Shown here piece after piece: positions 1 to 13,356 of a DNA stretch of 64,000 nucleotides. The number at the start of each line of letters is the position of its first letter. The stretch's first letter is position 1. This stretch comes from Chrysemys picta bellii. Lineage: Eukaryota. The position numbers were made by a program, and so were the translations under genes. Below the pieces are notes generated by a model. It was not told the origin of the DNA and ran no database searches. It saw nothing but the letters and a program-made list of their open reading frames with translations. The stretch spans positions 2,046,001-2,110,000 of the forward strand of contig NC_088814.1 in NCBI RefSeq assembly GCF_011386835.1, read 5' to 3'.

Positions 1-1003
1 GGAGTATCCTGGAGAAGTATAAAGACACACATGCTAAGGATTTTTTTATTTGATGTTTTCGGACTAGAATTGTTTCGAGATGTGAGCTAAGAGCAACCAG
101 TCTGAATTAGCAGTCCATATACTCACGGGGATGGGAAGAATTGTGAATTTAACAAAAGGAGCAGGGTGGTATCTTATAATGCAGGTAAATAGCATTAAGG
201 ATTCTGCAAAGCCAGAAAGAACCTATCTGATTTTCAGCTCCAGGCTGTCGGGCGCTGCAGCTGAGGAAGAATCTTTAGACTTTTAGTTTGGAGTTAGTTG
301 AGGAACCCAAAATGTCACTTTTAGCAATCCGTGTAAATGCACTTTAAGCAAAGAGTCCATCCTCACTAGCTACAGAGCTGCCTTTTCAATGAGTTTGGTC
401 TCAGAAGCCAGGTTCTGTGTTACCTTTATATTCCTGGGGCAGTCAGTCACCTGTTGGATTCTGATCTCCAAACAGAACTGAAAACCTAGGCTGAGTTTTG
501 TGAAGCTCCTCTGCTTTCTTTGTTCCTTGTTTCCTGCTTTTTCTCCCCATTTCCTGCTCTCCCACTTTGAAAACTCGATCGATGGGAAGTCAAGCCCCTG
601 TGGTCCTCCTAGGTCACAGTCCACATGCAAAATATGGGCTTCAGAACGATGCATTTGAGCTCTCTTCAGCTCCATAGAATAAATCTATAAATCCAGTTTG
701 GGGGGAATGGTTGGTATATTTGGGGGGATGGGAGAAGGAAGCAGTTTTCCCTCCCCTCCTCCCCCATTTGTGAAACTGAAGTGTGGCTATTCTATTGAAA
801 ACTCTTGGAAAGGCTGCTTCAGCTGCAATTTCATCTTTCTCTTGGATGAGGTGTCTGCTACTTCCTGCAATGCAGCCAGTGGGTTTGGAGTGGGGGAAGT
901 CACTGAATGTGAAAACTTCTCAGCAGCCGTGTGTATGAAGTGCTGCATTACAGCTTTTTGGCACAGATTTATATGTGGGGGGTGGTGTTTTTTCTTCGTA
1001 TAG

Positions 1004-4000
1004 GTAAAGCCACGACCCTGTTCAGCTGTCACACCAAAGCTATCGTTTGGGGGATGCAGACACGAGCTGTGCAGGGCATGCTGGACTTTGATTATATCTG
1101 CTCCAGGGATGAGCCATCGGTCACTGCCATGGTTTATCCATTCACGTAAGTGTCCTGTATCCACCATGTAGTTTTCCTGACTTCCCTTATCTCCCTTCTC
1201 AGATTTGTCCACTGGCTTTCTCCCCTTCAAGCTCCCTTTTATTCCTCAAGTCTCTGCCCACCTCCATCCCATCCTATATCTATGATGATACATTCTCCTA
1301 CACTCCGACCTGCCACCTGAGCTGTTCTCCCAACTGCTCCCTTTGTCTCCCTTGCCACTCCTGACTATACGCCGACTCTGTGAAATGGCTTGGAACAACC
1401 CCAGGGTTCATGTTTGCCAGGTCCCATCTCTCTCTTTCAAAGAATTCCCAAAAGTATAAGGGCCACACAACACTGGAATGTAGGAACTACCACACTATAT
1501 AAGACTATTGGTCCATCTAGCCTAGGATCCTGTCTTTGAATGTGGCTATTTGTCTCCTTTAAGCTTTCTTTGGGGCAGGGAGAGTGCAGTTCCTTTAGCC
1601 TGACATCATGAACACTTAGTGCCTTATTTATCATGTTTCTTTTTTAATCCCTTGACGTTAGTGTTGAATCCAGCATCCCCAATTTGTTTAAAATTTCCTG
1701 GGATCCTTCAGCCTGCTTCACCAGCCAAACTGAAAGTGCCAGACATTGCCTTGTTCATTCTGCACCTTGTATAGCTTAAACTCTCTGGACCAGAGATTCT
1801 CCCAGCTATATTTGTACTCTACCTAGCACAATGGAGTCCCAATCCTCACTGGGACTTTTGGCTGTAATCATGATATTTAATCCTGCGGAGCTTGTTTAAT
1901 CTCGTTGTCAATTGCGCTACGTCTGCCTGGCTCCCTGTAGGATGTGGCTTTTCTGGTGCATGGTGCCAACATGCTGCCTTAGCTGCTGAGTCGTCCTACT
2001 GAATTGCATCTAGGAGGGGCTTTCTCCCTGAGGGAGGGAGTGAGATGTGAAGGCAACGCTTCACTGAACAGGCTGGGTGGCAAGGAGGAGAATGAGAGAG
2101 TGGCTGTTGATCTGTTTGTCTGAGAAATCTAGACAGTAGCTCCCTTAAGGGTTGTTACTTGTTTGCTGCTGGAGGATTCTTTTTTTGTTTTTTGTTTTTT
2201 TTTTCTTCTATGAATCTGAGATATGAGGATTAAGTATCACTGTCCTTCAGTGAATTCCTCCTCCGCCCCTTGTCAATCAACGACTCCACAGTGTTAGTTT
2301 TAGACTTTGATCATGAGGATTATATCTCTGGAATACCTTCTGGGTGAGAAGCACTTCACACACTCTCTAAATGCAGGCAGAGCTTCACTTTCTGCTGAAA
2401 GGCAGCCACTTGGAACTTGGCAGCTGTTAGGAGGAAGCAGCAACGTGGCAGCGAAGTTTAAGACCAGAAATGAAGACGTATCCTGTACCTAACTGAATCT
2501 GCAGGGGGAATTTAGGTTGGCGAGGTGGAATTTGGCTAGGATGCTCAGGATCTTTAACACCCAAGCATGATCAGAACCACTCAGTTCAGCAATCTGATTC
2601 TAGCTGCACAATCTCTCTTGACTGCAGAGAATGACCTCTATGAATGACGCTTTTACTGGGGTGCATCTCCTTGATGTGTCTGGGTAAAATCCCCCTTCCA
2701 TGAAATGGAAATTCAGCTGACCATCACTCTGCCCCGGTGTTTCTCAGGCATGAGGATGTCGGTGCCATGTGCTCACTTATCATTTCTAAATGTGTCTTAT
2801 TGTTTCTTCACCTTGCTTTGCCTAGCCAGCTTCTGGCAGAATTGAGAGCCTGTTTGCTAACTTCACTGTGGAGCTGATCATCCTTGCTAGGTGATCCTGC
2901 TTTCCTTTACCCTCTCCATCCCATCAATCCAGCTTTCTCCTTATGCTTCTCTGTTTTATACACTGCACACCTGCCTGCTAGTGGCTCTTACTACCTTTAC
3001 CTCTCTCCTGAGAGCTGAAAAGCCAACCAGACGGTGTCTGGGAATTGTGTTTTGCTGACGCATTCCTGTGCCTGCAGTGCTGTGTAGCCATGTCTCTTTG
3101 CAGCAGTGTGAATGATCAGGTCTGTCTCATCTTGGTGTTCATAGTGGCGATCACAAGCAGAAATTCTACTGGGGCCACAAGGAAATCCTGATCCCTGTCT
3201 TCAAGAACATGTCTGATGCCATGAGGAAGCACCCAGAGGTAGATGTGCTGATCAACTTTGCATCTCTACGGTCTGCTTATGACAGTACTATCGAGACCAT
3301 GAACTTTCCACAGGTAAGTGAGGAATCGGCAGTGGTCCAAGCAGTAGAGGATGCTCAGGCTAATAATACCAGAGAGACAATATTCTAGAACCACAGTGTT
3401 GGCAGAGTGTTTTGGGGTCCATGAAGAACACAGCTGAGTCTACAAGTGGCCTGTGAGCTGTAGAAGGGGTACCAAGGGTGTAGAACAACTTGTTGTCTAG
3501 TGCTGTATTACAAAGCTATGTCTTAATGGATTTTTGAGGCTTGTGGAATAGGGAGTCAGCTCCCATCTGCCTGGTGAGAAGGACTAGATTGGACTGGACA
3601 CCCCCTTCAGGACACAATAGCACTACTTCTTCTCTCTTTTTTTAATTGAAGAGTGGCAGGGATAGCTCTTGAACAATGCTACTGGTATCGTATTCACAGC
3701 ACCATCATCCCAGGCTGTTCCTGGGACTCAAAACTAGGCCCTTTCACAAGATAGCACCCACGCCAACAACTAGACAGCTAAGCTGTGCCCTCTGAGAGAC
3801 ACTTGATCTTGCCCTGTCCAGTGTTGTGTTTATAGAACATTCTTACCTTAAATAATTCTGTCTGCTGCCTCCCTAGAATTTGTCAAGCTGTTGACTGCTG
3901 GAAGTTACTGAGTGAGTGAGTGTTTTCTCTATCTTGTGCTGCAGATCCGCACCATTGCCATCATTGCCGAAGGCATTCCAGAGGCACTGACACGCAAACT

Positions 4001-5377
4001 AATCAAGACTGCTGACAAGCAAGGGGTTACTATAATCGGGCCTGCGACTGTAAGAAATCCGCTATCGTGCTTCCTGCCCCTACGCTCCTTCATGCTCGTT
4101 TTCAGATCAGTTTTCCTTATGGGGGGGGAAATATACATTAGAATCTATTTCAAATTCTTGTTTGTAATATACTGTAAAGCGCAGAGTCTTTCCCAGTTTG
4201 AAGGTCATTATGGAGTAAGCAATTCTATTGCTGCCTTCTGTTTGTATAAATCCTGGCAGAAGCAGCCTGCTCTACAGACACATCTCCGTGCTGCTCAGCT
4301 TCCATGTGTGTTCGTGAAGGGCCTGACTCTTTCTTCCATCTTCCTGTAGGTTGGTGGGATCAAACCTGGATGCTTTAAAATAGGCAACACGGGGGGGATG
4401 TTGGATAATATCCTGGCATCAAAACTCTACCGGCCTGGCAGTGTAGCCTATGTTTCCCGCTCTGGAGGAATGTCCAATGAGCTCAACAACATAATCTCCA
4501 GAACCACAGATGGGGTCTATGAAGGTGTGGCTATTGGCGGAGACAGGTAGGAAACTGTTTCTTCACGGGACATGTCTTCGTTTCTTCCAGTGCCTGACTC
4601 AAAAACATCATGGGTCTTTTAGAAGTTGTTGTGGAAATGTTTTAAATTAACCTTCCTCTTCTCAGAAACATTCAGTATGAAATTTAAAATAAATAAAAGC
4701 TCAACTTCCTTTCACTTCCCCTCTACTCCACCCAGATATCCTGGATCAACTTTCATGGACCATGTATTACGCTATCAGGACACACCGGGAGTGAAAATGA
4801 TTGTGGTGCTGGGGGAGGTGAGTTAAACCCATCTGCTCCTCTGGCCAAATGTTCTCTGGAAACTTTTTGTTTCTTTATAATAGAAGTTCTTACAGTATTG
4901 GTTGAGAGACAGTTGAATCAGCTGCGGGAACGTCCAATAACGATTGCAGATGGGTTCATCTTAGTAACAGTTGTCTCTTCCTGCTAAAAGAGTGAATCTT
5001 TGCCTGTTCCGGTTTCACAGAAGTAGGAACATCCAGCCCTGAATAGGCCCACAGAGTCCTTTCCATTTAAAAAAAAAAAAACTATTTCTGGAGATTAAGG
5101 GAGGCTTGATTTTTTGTTTTACAAGCATGTGGCTCTCTGTGTACGAGATGTGGCAAAAAAGGGGATTCTTTTAGAAATACTGCCCTGATTTTAAAAGCTG
5201 ACTTCTACAGAAGTACGTAAGCTTGAACCCAGTCCAACTACTTTGTTTCTCTTTGCAGATTGGAGGCACAGAAGAGTACAAGATCAGCAGGGGTATTAAA
5301 GAGGGACGCATCACTAAGCCTGTTGTCTGCTGGTGCATTGGTACCTGTGCCACCATGTTCTCTTCAGAGGTAGGGGT

Positions 5378-5450
<73 letters not shown>

Positions 5451-8400
5451 TATGCACACTTGGGAAGGGGGGTCACTTCCTTGCATTGCACCCAAGGAAC
5501 CCAAACCTTTCCAGACATCTGTCATCATTAGCAGTCTGCATGTATGGATGTAGAAGTTAACAAATCCTAAATGATAGTAGCGTTCTATATTTCTGCAGTA
5601 CATTTCATCCAGAAAGATCCCAAAGGATTCTGCACACACAGGGATTGCCATGAATGTCCTGAGTTGGAATGTGGCAGCTGTTTAATGGCATATAATGCTG
5701 TACATCAGCTTAGGAAAGGGAAATGAGGAAGATGCAGCTTCCCTGTAAAAATTCTGGGGGCAGGGATGTAGAGGAAAATAATGTAATTAGCCACAGTGTA
5801 ATAATATAGCTTCCAGATTAGATAATGCTTTGTGCCTTGCAGCATTAACAAGTGAGGGTCAGGGTCTTTGTGCCAGTGCTTGAAGTAATGAAGCTGAATA
5901 GAAAGTTGATATGACCATGTGCATTACCACTTCTTCATCTCCAGTCAACTTGGTTTCCTTCCTAAAGCTTGTGGAGTTACTTTAGTCCACTGGTTTCTAA
6001 TCCAATAGCTGACTCTATTTTCTCTCTCTTTATCAGCAATTAGATGACTGGATCTCTTGGTACTTTCTCTCATCATTAATAGGTGCAGTTCGGCCATGCA
6101 GGGGCTTGTGCCAACCAGGCTTCTGAAACTGCTGTTGCAAAGAACCAGGCCCTGAAAGAAGCTGGAGTATTTGTTCCCCAGAGTTTTGATGAGCTTGGAG
6201 ATGTAATTCAGTAAGTGGTATGAACAGGGCACCATGAACATAGGGGTGTTTGCAGGGGATAGGAAACCACTGGGGTACTACCTCTAAACTGGCAGGGGAG
6301 ATGTGATAACCTTGTTTTGTGAAAACACTTTTATTCATACTAGGTCTTTCAATATATATAATATGAATTTTGGACCAGAACTGCTTGACTTGAGTCCCCT
6401 TAGAGAACTGAAAATGAGCTGATGTCTGTCTCTTGTTCCCCCTCTGCCTAGGTCTGTGTATGAAGATCTCGTTTCCAAAGGAGTGATCGAACCAGCCCAG
6501 GAAGTGCCTCCCCCCACTGTACCAATGGACTATTCTTGGGCAAGGGTAGGTTGTGTATCTTGCCATCCAGTTACTTCAGAGCTGGCTGGGATGTTTGCTG
6601 GGATTTCAAATTGTTTGGGAGATTTTAGATGATAAAACTATTATGGGAGTGAAGGTAGTGGAAGGTATGTTTCTCATGCCATCTGATGCTGATCATTGAC
6701 TTATCAGTGATTCCCAGGTGAAGGAGAGGTACCAAAAGCTTCTGACGTACATTGCTGGAATTATCCATTAGACCTCCCAGACTCTTCTACAATAGGTACT
6801 GCATGGTGCCAAGATAGTCATCCCACATTTTGCCACCAATCGCTTTGTCACCTGACAATCTGGTTACAGATGTTTCACTCCCAACAGCATGTATGCTGGG
6901 ACCAGGAGTCTCAAGACTTTAGCGGGGCAACATCATACCAATAAAATGCAGTGTGATGGAGCAATGTCTTGATGCTGGGATAATGCAGAGATCTTAAAGC
7001 ATGGGCTCCATAATATTACCTGTAGAGCTGGGTATTGGGGGGGATGTAGCTTCTATACCAGGTAGCAGATGACACCAAAAAATGTAGGCAAGTAACTGTT
7101 AGGCTACCCTGCATTGGACTAGAGAAAAGCGATTCCTCTTGGCTTAATTCAGGTACTGGAGTTGGGTAAAGAGCAATCAATGTCATCATTTGCAGAACAG
7201 TTTGATTTGTGGGGGGAGGGAGAACCGGGGTGAAGGGTGTCCCTTATTTCTAAACTGGATTGGATCAGTCTCCTCTTTCTGTTCCATCCTTCAGGAGCTG
7301 GGTCTGATCCGGAAACCAGCTTCTTTCATGACCAGCATCTGTGATGAGCGGGGCCAGGAGCTGATCTATGCTGGGATGCCTATCACCGAGGTCTTCAAAG
7401 AGGAGATGGGAATTGGTGGGGTCCTGGGCCTGCTCTGGTTTCAGAGGAGGTGAGGCTGCTTTTTGGATGCTCTTGATTCCTTTTGGCTTCAAATTTAGCT
7501 TGATTTTAATAGGGATTAGGCACAGATGTAACTCTGGTATTTCCTTATGAACAAGGAGAGACTATTGTACAGGAAATACCCTCCCAATATCTGCTCTCTC
7601 TGAGAATATATCAGAGTTTGAAGATCACCTACACTTCTTTGACTTTGAGGAGGGGGGGAATTCCAGAAACATGGTGGAGCACTGAGGAAATCCCTCTGTG
7701 TTAGTTCTGTTACCCCTCTCTTGGCCCTGTTTTACGGCCTCCATCCTTCAGCACAAAAAGACCTGACAGGGCTGTCTGCAGAGCCTATAAATTTTGTTAC
7801 CAATGTGCAGGGAACCTTCTGAGTGGCAAAGATACTCCCCCTCCTTGCCTGACCTCCAGCTGACAGGGGCGGCGGGGAGGAGGGACGGAGTGACACACAC
7901 ACACCACACACCACACACACACACCCTACCTCTCCTGCACAATACTCTCACCTCTAGCCAGTCCAGATGGCCAAGGAACTAAGAATGGAACTCAATTTCC
8001 TACATAACCATGTTGAGTGAAACCACTAGGTCACCAGGTGAGCCAACTAAATGTGCCTGCTGAATGATCCCAGATTTACGGGGATTTGGTGTTGCCAGGA
8101 ATCTGGATGTGAACTGGAAATAATCTGCAGTTAAGATGTGGAAAATACAAGTTTGGGACCAGATTTTCAAAGGTGGGGACAACAGGTGGGCCCACAAAAA
8201 TGGACAGGTGCCCCGAGACACCTGAATTTGTTCAACAACTTATGTGTGTTGGGCACAGGGAGACCGATTTGGTGGTGGGCTGGATGCTGCAGCTTTCTGG
8301 GCACATTTATTGCAACCTCCTCTGAAAATCATGTCCTTGCTGTGCAGTGCAGGAGCTGTCACTTGCAGTAATTCCCTCAAACACCATCCACTAACAGATA

Positions 8401-11400
8401 GTCTTGATAAAATATTCTTACACAGAATTCCTCTTTCGTTCCAACACACCCAAGACAACCCCAGCTAACACTGAGTGAATGCTAGTATGAGTGGATGTCC
8501 AAGGTGGCCTCCATCAGCGTGTAAGGTTGGGTTCTGTGACACAGAGGTGTTAAATGCACTTGGCTTTCAGCTGTGGAGACCTGGGTTCAAATCTTGGCTT
8601 TAGCTCAGAGAGCCAATTCTATAATGAAATAGCTATCCATAGGGGGAAAAGAAATTCCATAGTCTGTTTCATTCACTCCCCTTGGGTTTAAATCACTGAT
8701 CAAATGTCCAGAACGCTGCAGCCATTAGACTATCTGAGAAATATACCACTGTACAAAGCATTGAGTGCACTAAGCAGAGGTACAAAACCAGCTTTTTTTT
8801 CTAGCAGTCTCAGATAATTCAGGGAGACTTTCTGGGCTCTGAGACACAACATTAGGTCTGATCCTGCATCTCTTTTCTAGCTCTCCCCTTGTTTTAGTGT
8901 GTGGATGGGAGAGAGCCTTATTATCTGGTATAAAATAGAGATGCATGGTCTGTCCATGTTGATTTTTTCCTATTGGGTAATGTCACCCATCTCTCTCTGC
9001 TCCTCCCCCACCCCCCAGGTTACCAAAGTACGCCTGTCACTTCATTGAGATGTGTTTGATGGTAACAGCAGATCACGGACCTGCCGTATCGGGAGCCCAC
9101 AACACCATTGTCTGTGCAAGAGCTGGGAAAGACCTGGTCTCTAGTCTCACCTCAGGCCTTCTCACTATTGTAAGCATTTAACATCTGAGACATTGTCTTT
9201 CTCCTTACTATACAATCTGATTTTTATTTACGCTCCGTAACAGTAGTGACCCGGCAGCAAGTTGGAACTTAGCATGACTCCTGTGCCATAGACAAGCCTG
9301 AGCCCCGCTTACTCTCTCGTCAATTGTCCTCCCCTAATTACTCTGTCATTGATTAAAACATTGGCTTTATGTTGAATCCAATACTAATGAGGAGTAGCTG
9401 GGGAAATACATTAATGAAACTGGATCAAGTTAAGAGCTACTGGAAAATATCTGTGTGAATTGGACCCTTTCATCTCTAGATCACTGGTTTAAATCCAACC
9501 CCAGAAGGGTAGTGACCAAAAGGTGACTGCTGTTTGACGTTCCTTTATCTGAAATGGGTTTGGGTCTAGGTTTGTTTTGTATTTTTTGTCTACATCACAA
9601 AAAATACCATCACTATTAGCACTAAGTGGCCCCTTTTTATTGGGAGTCTCAGGCTATGTCTACACTATTGTGGTAAGTTGACGTAAGTTAGGCAACTCCA
9701 GCTATGTGAATAACGTAGTTGGAGTCGACATAGCTTAGGTTGACTTATTGCGGTGTCTACGCCGCGCTGGGTCACCAGGAGACACTCTCCCGTCGACTTA
9801 CCTTACTCCTCTCGTTCCTGGCAGAGTACCGGGGTCAACCGGAGAACGCTGTGCCATCGATTTAGCGGGTCTTCACTAGACTCACTAAATTGACCCTGGG
9901 TGCATCTATCGCTGGAGTGTTGATCCCATGGTAGTGTAGACATAACCTCAGAAGTGACCAAGAATTAAATGGGCCTTTTAATCTTATTTGCCTTTTTGTC
10001 CCTAGAGGTAGGTCACATCTCTAGTTGTTGTTTACAGTTGTTCAATGAATCCCAGCTGGCTCTTTATCTTGGATGCCTGCATAGTCTAATCTTGCTTTCA
10101 CAATGTCCCTGTTGTGGGTATGGGGGGTGCTGTGGGAGAAGGGTTCATTAGGGTTACCATACGTCCGGTTTTTCCCGGACATGTCCGGCTTTTTGGCAAT
10201 CAAACCCCCGTCCGGGGGAATTGCCAAAAAGCCGAACATGTCCGGGAAAATGCCGGCCGGGCATTTCCCCTCCCGCGGCTGCTCTGCTCCTCCCCTGACT
10301 CTTCGGCTCTGTTTAAGAGCCGAGTTGCCCGAGCGCTATGGGCTTTGGGCAGCCCCCATGCCTCCGGACCCTGTGCCGCCGGAGCCCGGGAGGGGAAGTG
10401 CCTGGCCGGGGGCGCAGGGTCCGGAGGCATAGGAGCTGCCCGAAGCCCGAGTGCTACCAGCTTCACGGTTTGGGGAAGCGCCGGCCGGGGGCGCAGGGTC
10501 TGGGGGCTGCCCGGCAAACCGTGAAGCCGGTAGCGCTCGGGCAGCCCTTTTCGCGTGGCTGGGAGTGGGAGGGAGGAGGGGGCGGAGTTGGGGCGGGGCT
10601 GGGGTGGGAAATGGGCAGGGCCAGGGCCCTGTGGAGGGTCCTCTTTTTTTTTTATTTGTTCAATATGGTAACCCTAGGTTCATGCACCTGGTTCATGCAC
10701 CTATTGTAACATGCTACTGTAGAAATCTTTGCTGGAGTTCAACTTATGTATGTTGGGCACAGGGAGACCGATTTGGTGGTGCGCTGGATGCCGCAGCTAA
10801 GATGTTCAGTAAGGCCTTTGACAGTGGTATTATCCCTATGGAGTTCGTCAACAAGATGAAGAAAGAAGGGAAACTGATCATGGGCATTGGACACAGGGTC
10901 AAATCAGTAAGTAACTTACCTTGTTTTAGTAGGGCTTTCTTCAATGGAAGAGGAAAATGAATAGAAGAAAAAGCAAGTGGAGGAAGGATGGCAACTTTTA
11001 GAAGTGGTTTCTGGACTAATCCTTAAAATAAATCACTGACACATGTATGTTAAGTGGTCTTTGGATACTCGAGTGATATGTCAGCAGTAGAGAGAGCAGT
11101 TCAGCATTGTTTAAGCAGTTACTTCATGACAGCCCTTAACATTTTTCATCTCTTACAGTTCAGTATTTGGTCTTCTCCATTCACAGGCCTTACAAACTTA
11201 AAACTAAATTTCTAAATTGAGTACATTTAATTAAAAAAAAAAAAAAAGCTATAAGGACAAAATTTAATTACCTTGGCTTCAAACAAAGGGTTTATTTGAA
11301 TTGATAGTTACAGTAAGATGTGCACTCTTACATGCGTGTCTGGCTGTTACTGCAAATAATATAATGTGCTCTTAAACGTGCAGATAAATAACCCAGATAT

Positions 11401-13202
11401 GAGAGTTCAGATTCTCAAGGACTACGTGAAGCAGCATTTTCCTGCTACCCCACTACTGGACTATGCACTTGAAGTAGAAAAAATTACAACTTCCAAGGTA
11501 AAACACCCCCACTGCATTTTTGTTCTCTATTACCTTGAAGAAAAAATCTTTTGGGGTCATTGCTGGAGTTTTGTTTCTGTGTTTTAACTGGCGAGGGAGT
11601 AATGCATTGGTGCTAATGAAAACCAGAGACGCACAGCACCAGCTCGGAGACAGGCACAGCTACAGGATATGCTGTGGCTGAAGTGAGCCTTATACACCAG
11701 GAGAGGCCAAACTGCCAGCCAACGATAGCCCCCAGCATTCTACAGAGTAGCCTGTGACTGCGCTCCTCATTTAATAAGGAGGTGTAGTCTGCAGAGATGC
11801 TGGGTCCCGGCAGAAGTCCACCTTGAACTGGGTAGAGCCGCACGCAGATGCTGAGGGGGGAGTCTCCATCATTCAGATTGCCTGGCTCTCCGGCAGATTG
11901 CCAGACTAGACCTCTGTGTTACAAAGTTTGGGTGTCCCTTATTGCATGCAGCCTCTAAAGCAGGGGTTCTCAAACTGGGGGGTCAGGACCCCTCAGGGGG
12001 TCACAAGGTTATTGCATGGGGGGGTCGCAAGCTGTCAGCCTCCACCCCAAATCCCGCTTTGCCTCCAGCATTTATAATGGTGTTAAATATATAAAAACGT
12101 GGTTTTAATTGATAAGGGGGGGTCGCACTCAGAGGCTTGCGATGTGAAAGGCGTCACCAGTGCAGAACTTTGAGAACCACTGCTCTAAAGCATCCTAAGG
12201 TCCTTTGTGATGAAAGTTGCCGGATGAGTGCGAGTTACTAGCAGTTAACATTTTTCACTTTCTTCAGAAACCAAATCTTATCCTGAATGTGGATGGCTTT
12301 ATTGGAGTCGCCTTTGTTGATGTGCTCAGGAACTGCGGCTCCTTCACCCGGTAAACACTGACATATCTTCTCTAGCTGCTGTATGAAGTTGGGGGGAGAG
12401 GGTACAATCCTGATGCCATTAATGTGATGCGAGTTTCCCCACTGCCATCCAATGGGGCCAGGAGTTCATCTGATGTTTGCAAGGCACGGCACCCTGCAGA
12501 AGCCTGGCCTCTCTGCGAGGGGAAGATTTCCAGGAGAACTGGGCCTTGAATTTGCATTGGGGGTGGTTTAGAGCTGCTCTGGGAGCAATTGTACCAAGCA
12601 CCCTGTTCCCAAGGATTGTTTGGCTTTTATTGCAGGGAAGAAGCAGATGAATATATTGACATCGGAGCCCTCAATGGCATCTTCGTGCTTGGCAGAAGTA
12701 TGGGGTTCATTGGTAAGTTTCACGTGCACCCAAAAGCCCTATTATTGTGATGTTCCCCATCATCACCACCAAAAGACAGCTCATACAAACCCCTTCATTC
12801 TTCACACCAGTCCTGACTGCATGTGGTGCATCAGGCACACTCCCAGCCCAGGAGAATCTGCTGGGATACTCTCAGTGCTGGGTTATTAAAGCTACTGGAT
12901 GGGTAACTTTTGAACAATAGTTAGGATTCTCACCCACCCCCCTGGAGCTTGTAGTCATGCCTTAAAATAGGAGTAACTGGATCTCATGCTTCAGGATATA
13001 ATGATCATTTGTGGGGCCAGGAAGGGACCTAACAAGTTTCAAGGCAAGGTCAGTCTGGGAGGAATGGAAACTTGGATTGCTGCATGTAAAAATCACTTTC
13101 ATTTTAGGACACTACCTGGATCAGAAGAGGCTGAAACAAGGTCTGTACCGTCACCCGTGGGATGACATCTCCTATGTTCTACCAGAGCATATGACCATGT
13201 GA
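1004..13202 (+). CDS. ACLY: ATP-citrate lyase, 3' part (CoA-binding/ligase and citryl-CoA lyase domains); 5' exons lie outside the window
   Basis: 15 GT-AG exons in continuous phase: 1004-1145, 3145-3313, 3945-4049, 4350-4546, 4736-4817, 5259-5369, 6083-6210, 6452-6545, 7295-7449, 9019-9169, 10763-10906, 11384-11497, 12268-12350, 12636-12712, 13108-13202 (TGA). Translation [30 protein letters not shown]...VQFGHAGA (phospho-His motif)...[13 protein letters not shown]...[17 protein letters not shown] matches vertebrate ACLY as I recall it. Confidence 0.98.
5381..5445. repeat. (TG)n microsatellite, about 32 units, just inside an ACLY intron
   Basis: Uninterrupted TG run starting 11 nt after the donor at 5370. 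Confidence 0.99.
8236..8294 (+). pseudogene. Displaced duplicate of the ACLY acceptor and first 36 nt of the GDRFGG exon
   Basis: 56/59 nt identical to 10740-10798 by direct comparison; lies two introns upstream of its source. Confidence 0.9.
9652..9947. mobile_element. Non-autonomous PIF/Harbinger-like MITE
   Basis: TIRs GGCTATGTCTACACTA / TAGTGTAGACATAACC (1 mismatch); 3-bp TSD TCA at 9649-9651 and 9948-9950; similar along its length to 39946-40238. Confidence 0.8.
10149..10676. mobile_element. Non-autonomous hAT-like element, CpG-rich
   Basis: Perfect 13-bp TIR TAGGGTTACCATA / TATGGTAACCCTA; flanked by GGTTCAT on both sides; subterminal CCGGACATGTCCGG-type palindromes. Confidence 0.85.
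11961..12182. mobile_element. hAT (Charlie-like) MITE
   Basis: TIRs CAGGGGTTCTCAAA / TTTGAGAACCACTG; perfect 8-bp TSD CTCTAAAG; second copy at 27136-27332. Confidence 0.9.
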
Positions 13203-13350
13203 TAGCCAGTAACATTGCTTCAAAACAGAGAAGCAAGTCGCCTGCATGGAAGACGGTTACACATGGGACTTAAATGTAAAGGCCATAGGTTTATAGAAAT
13301 CAAGAACTACTGTGCAAAGCAGCTGTTCTAGAAGCATAGAAACTGATGCA

Positions 13351-13356
13351 AATAAA
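13351..13356 (+). terminator. Candidate ACLY polyadenylation signal
   Basis: First AATAAA after the ACLY stop; others at 13972 and 14568, and the sequence alone cannot say which is used. Confidence 0.35.

Noticed and set aside
1-1003. Searched for the short alternatively spliced ACLY exon (DSVPSPRSLQ-like in mammals) or other upstream ACLY exons
   Set aside because: No segment with suitable translation and both splice sites found; CAG|GTAAAT at 184/185 has no ACLY-like upstream sequence
10103-10960. Cluster of overlapping 100-170 aa ORFs
   Set aside because: They come from the GC-rich hAT element; only the 10763-10906 part is a real ACLY exon; no transposase motifs
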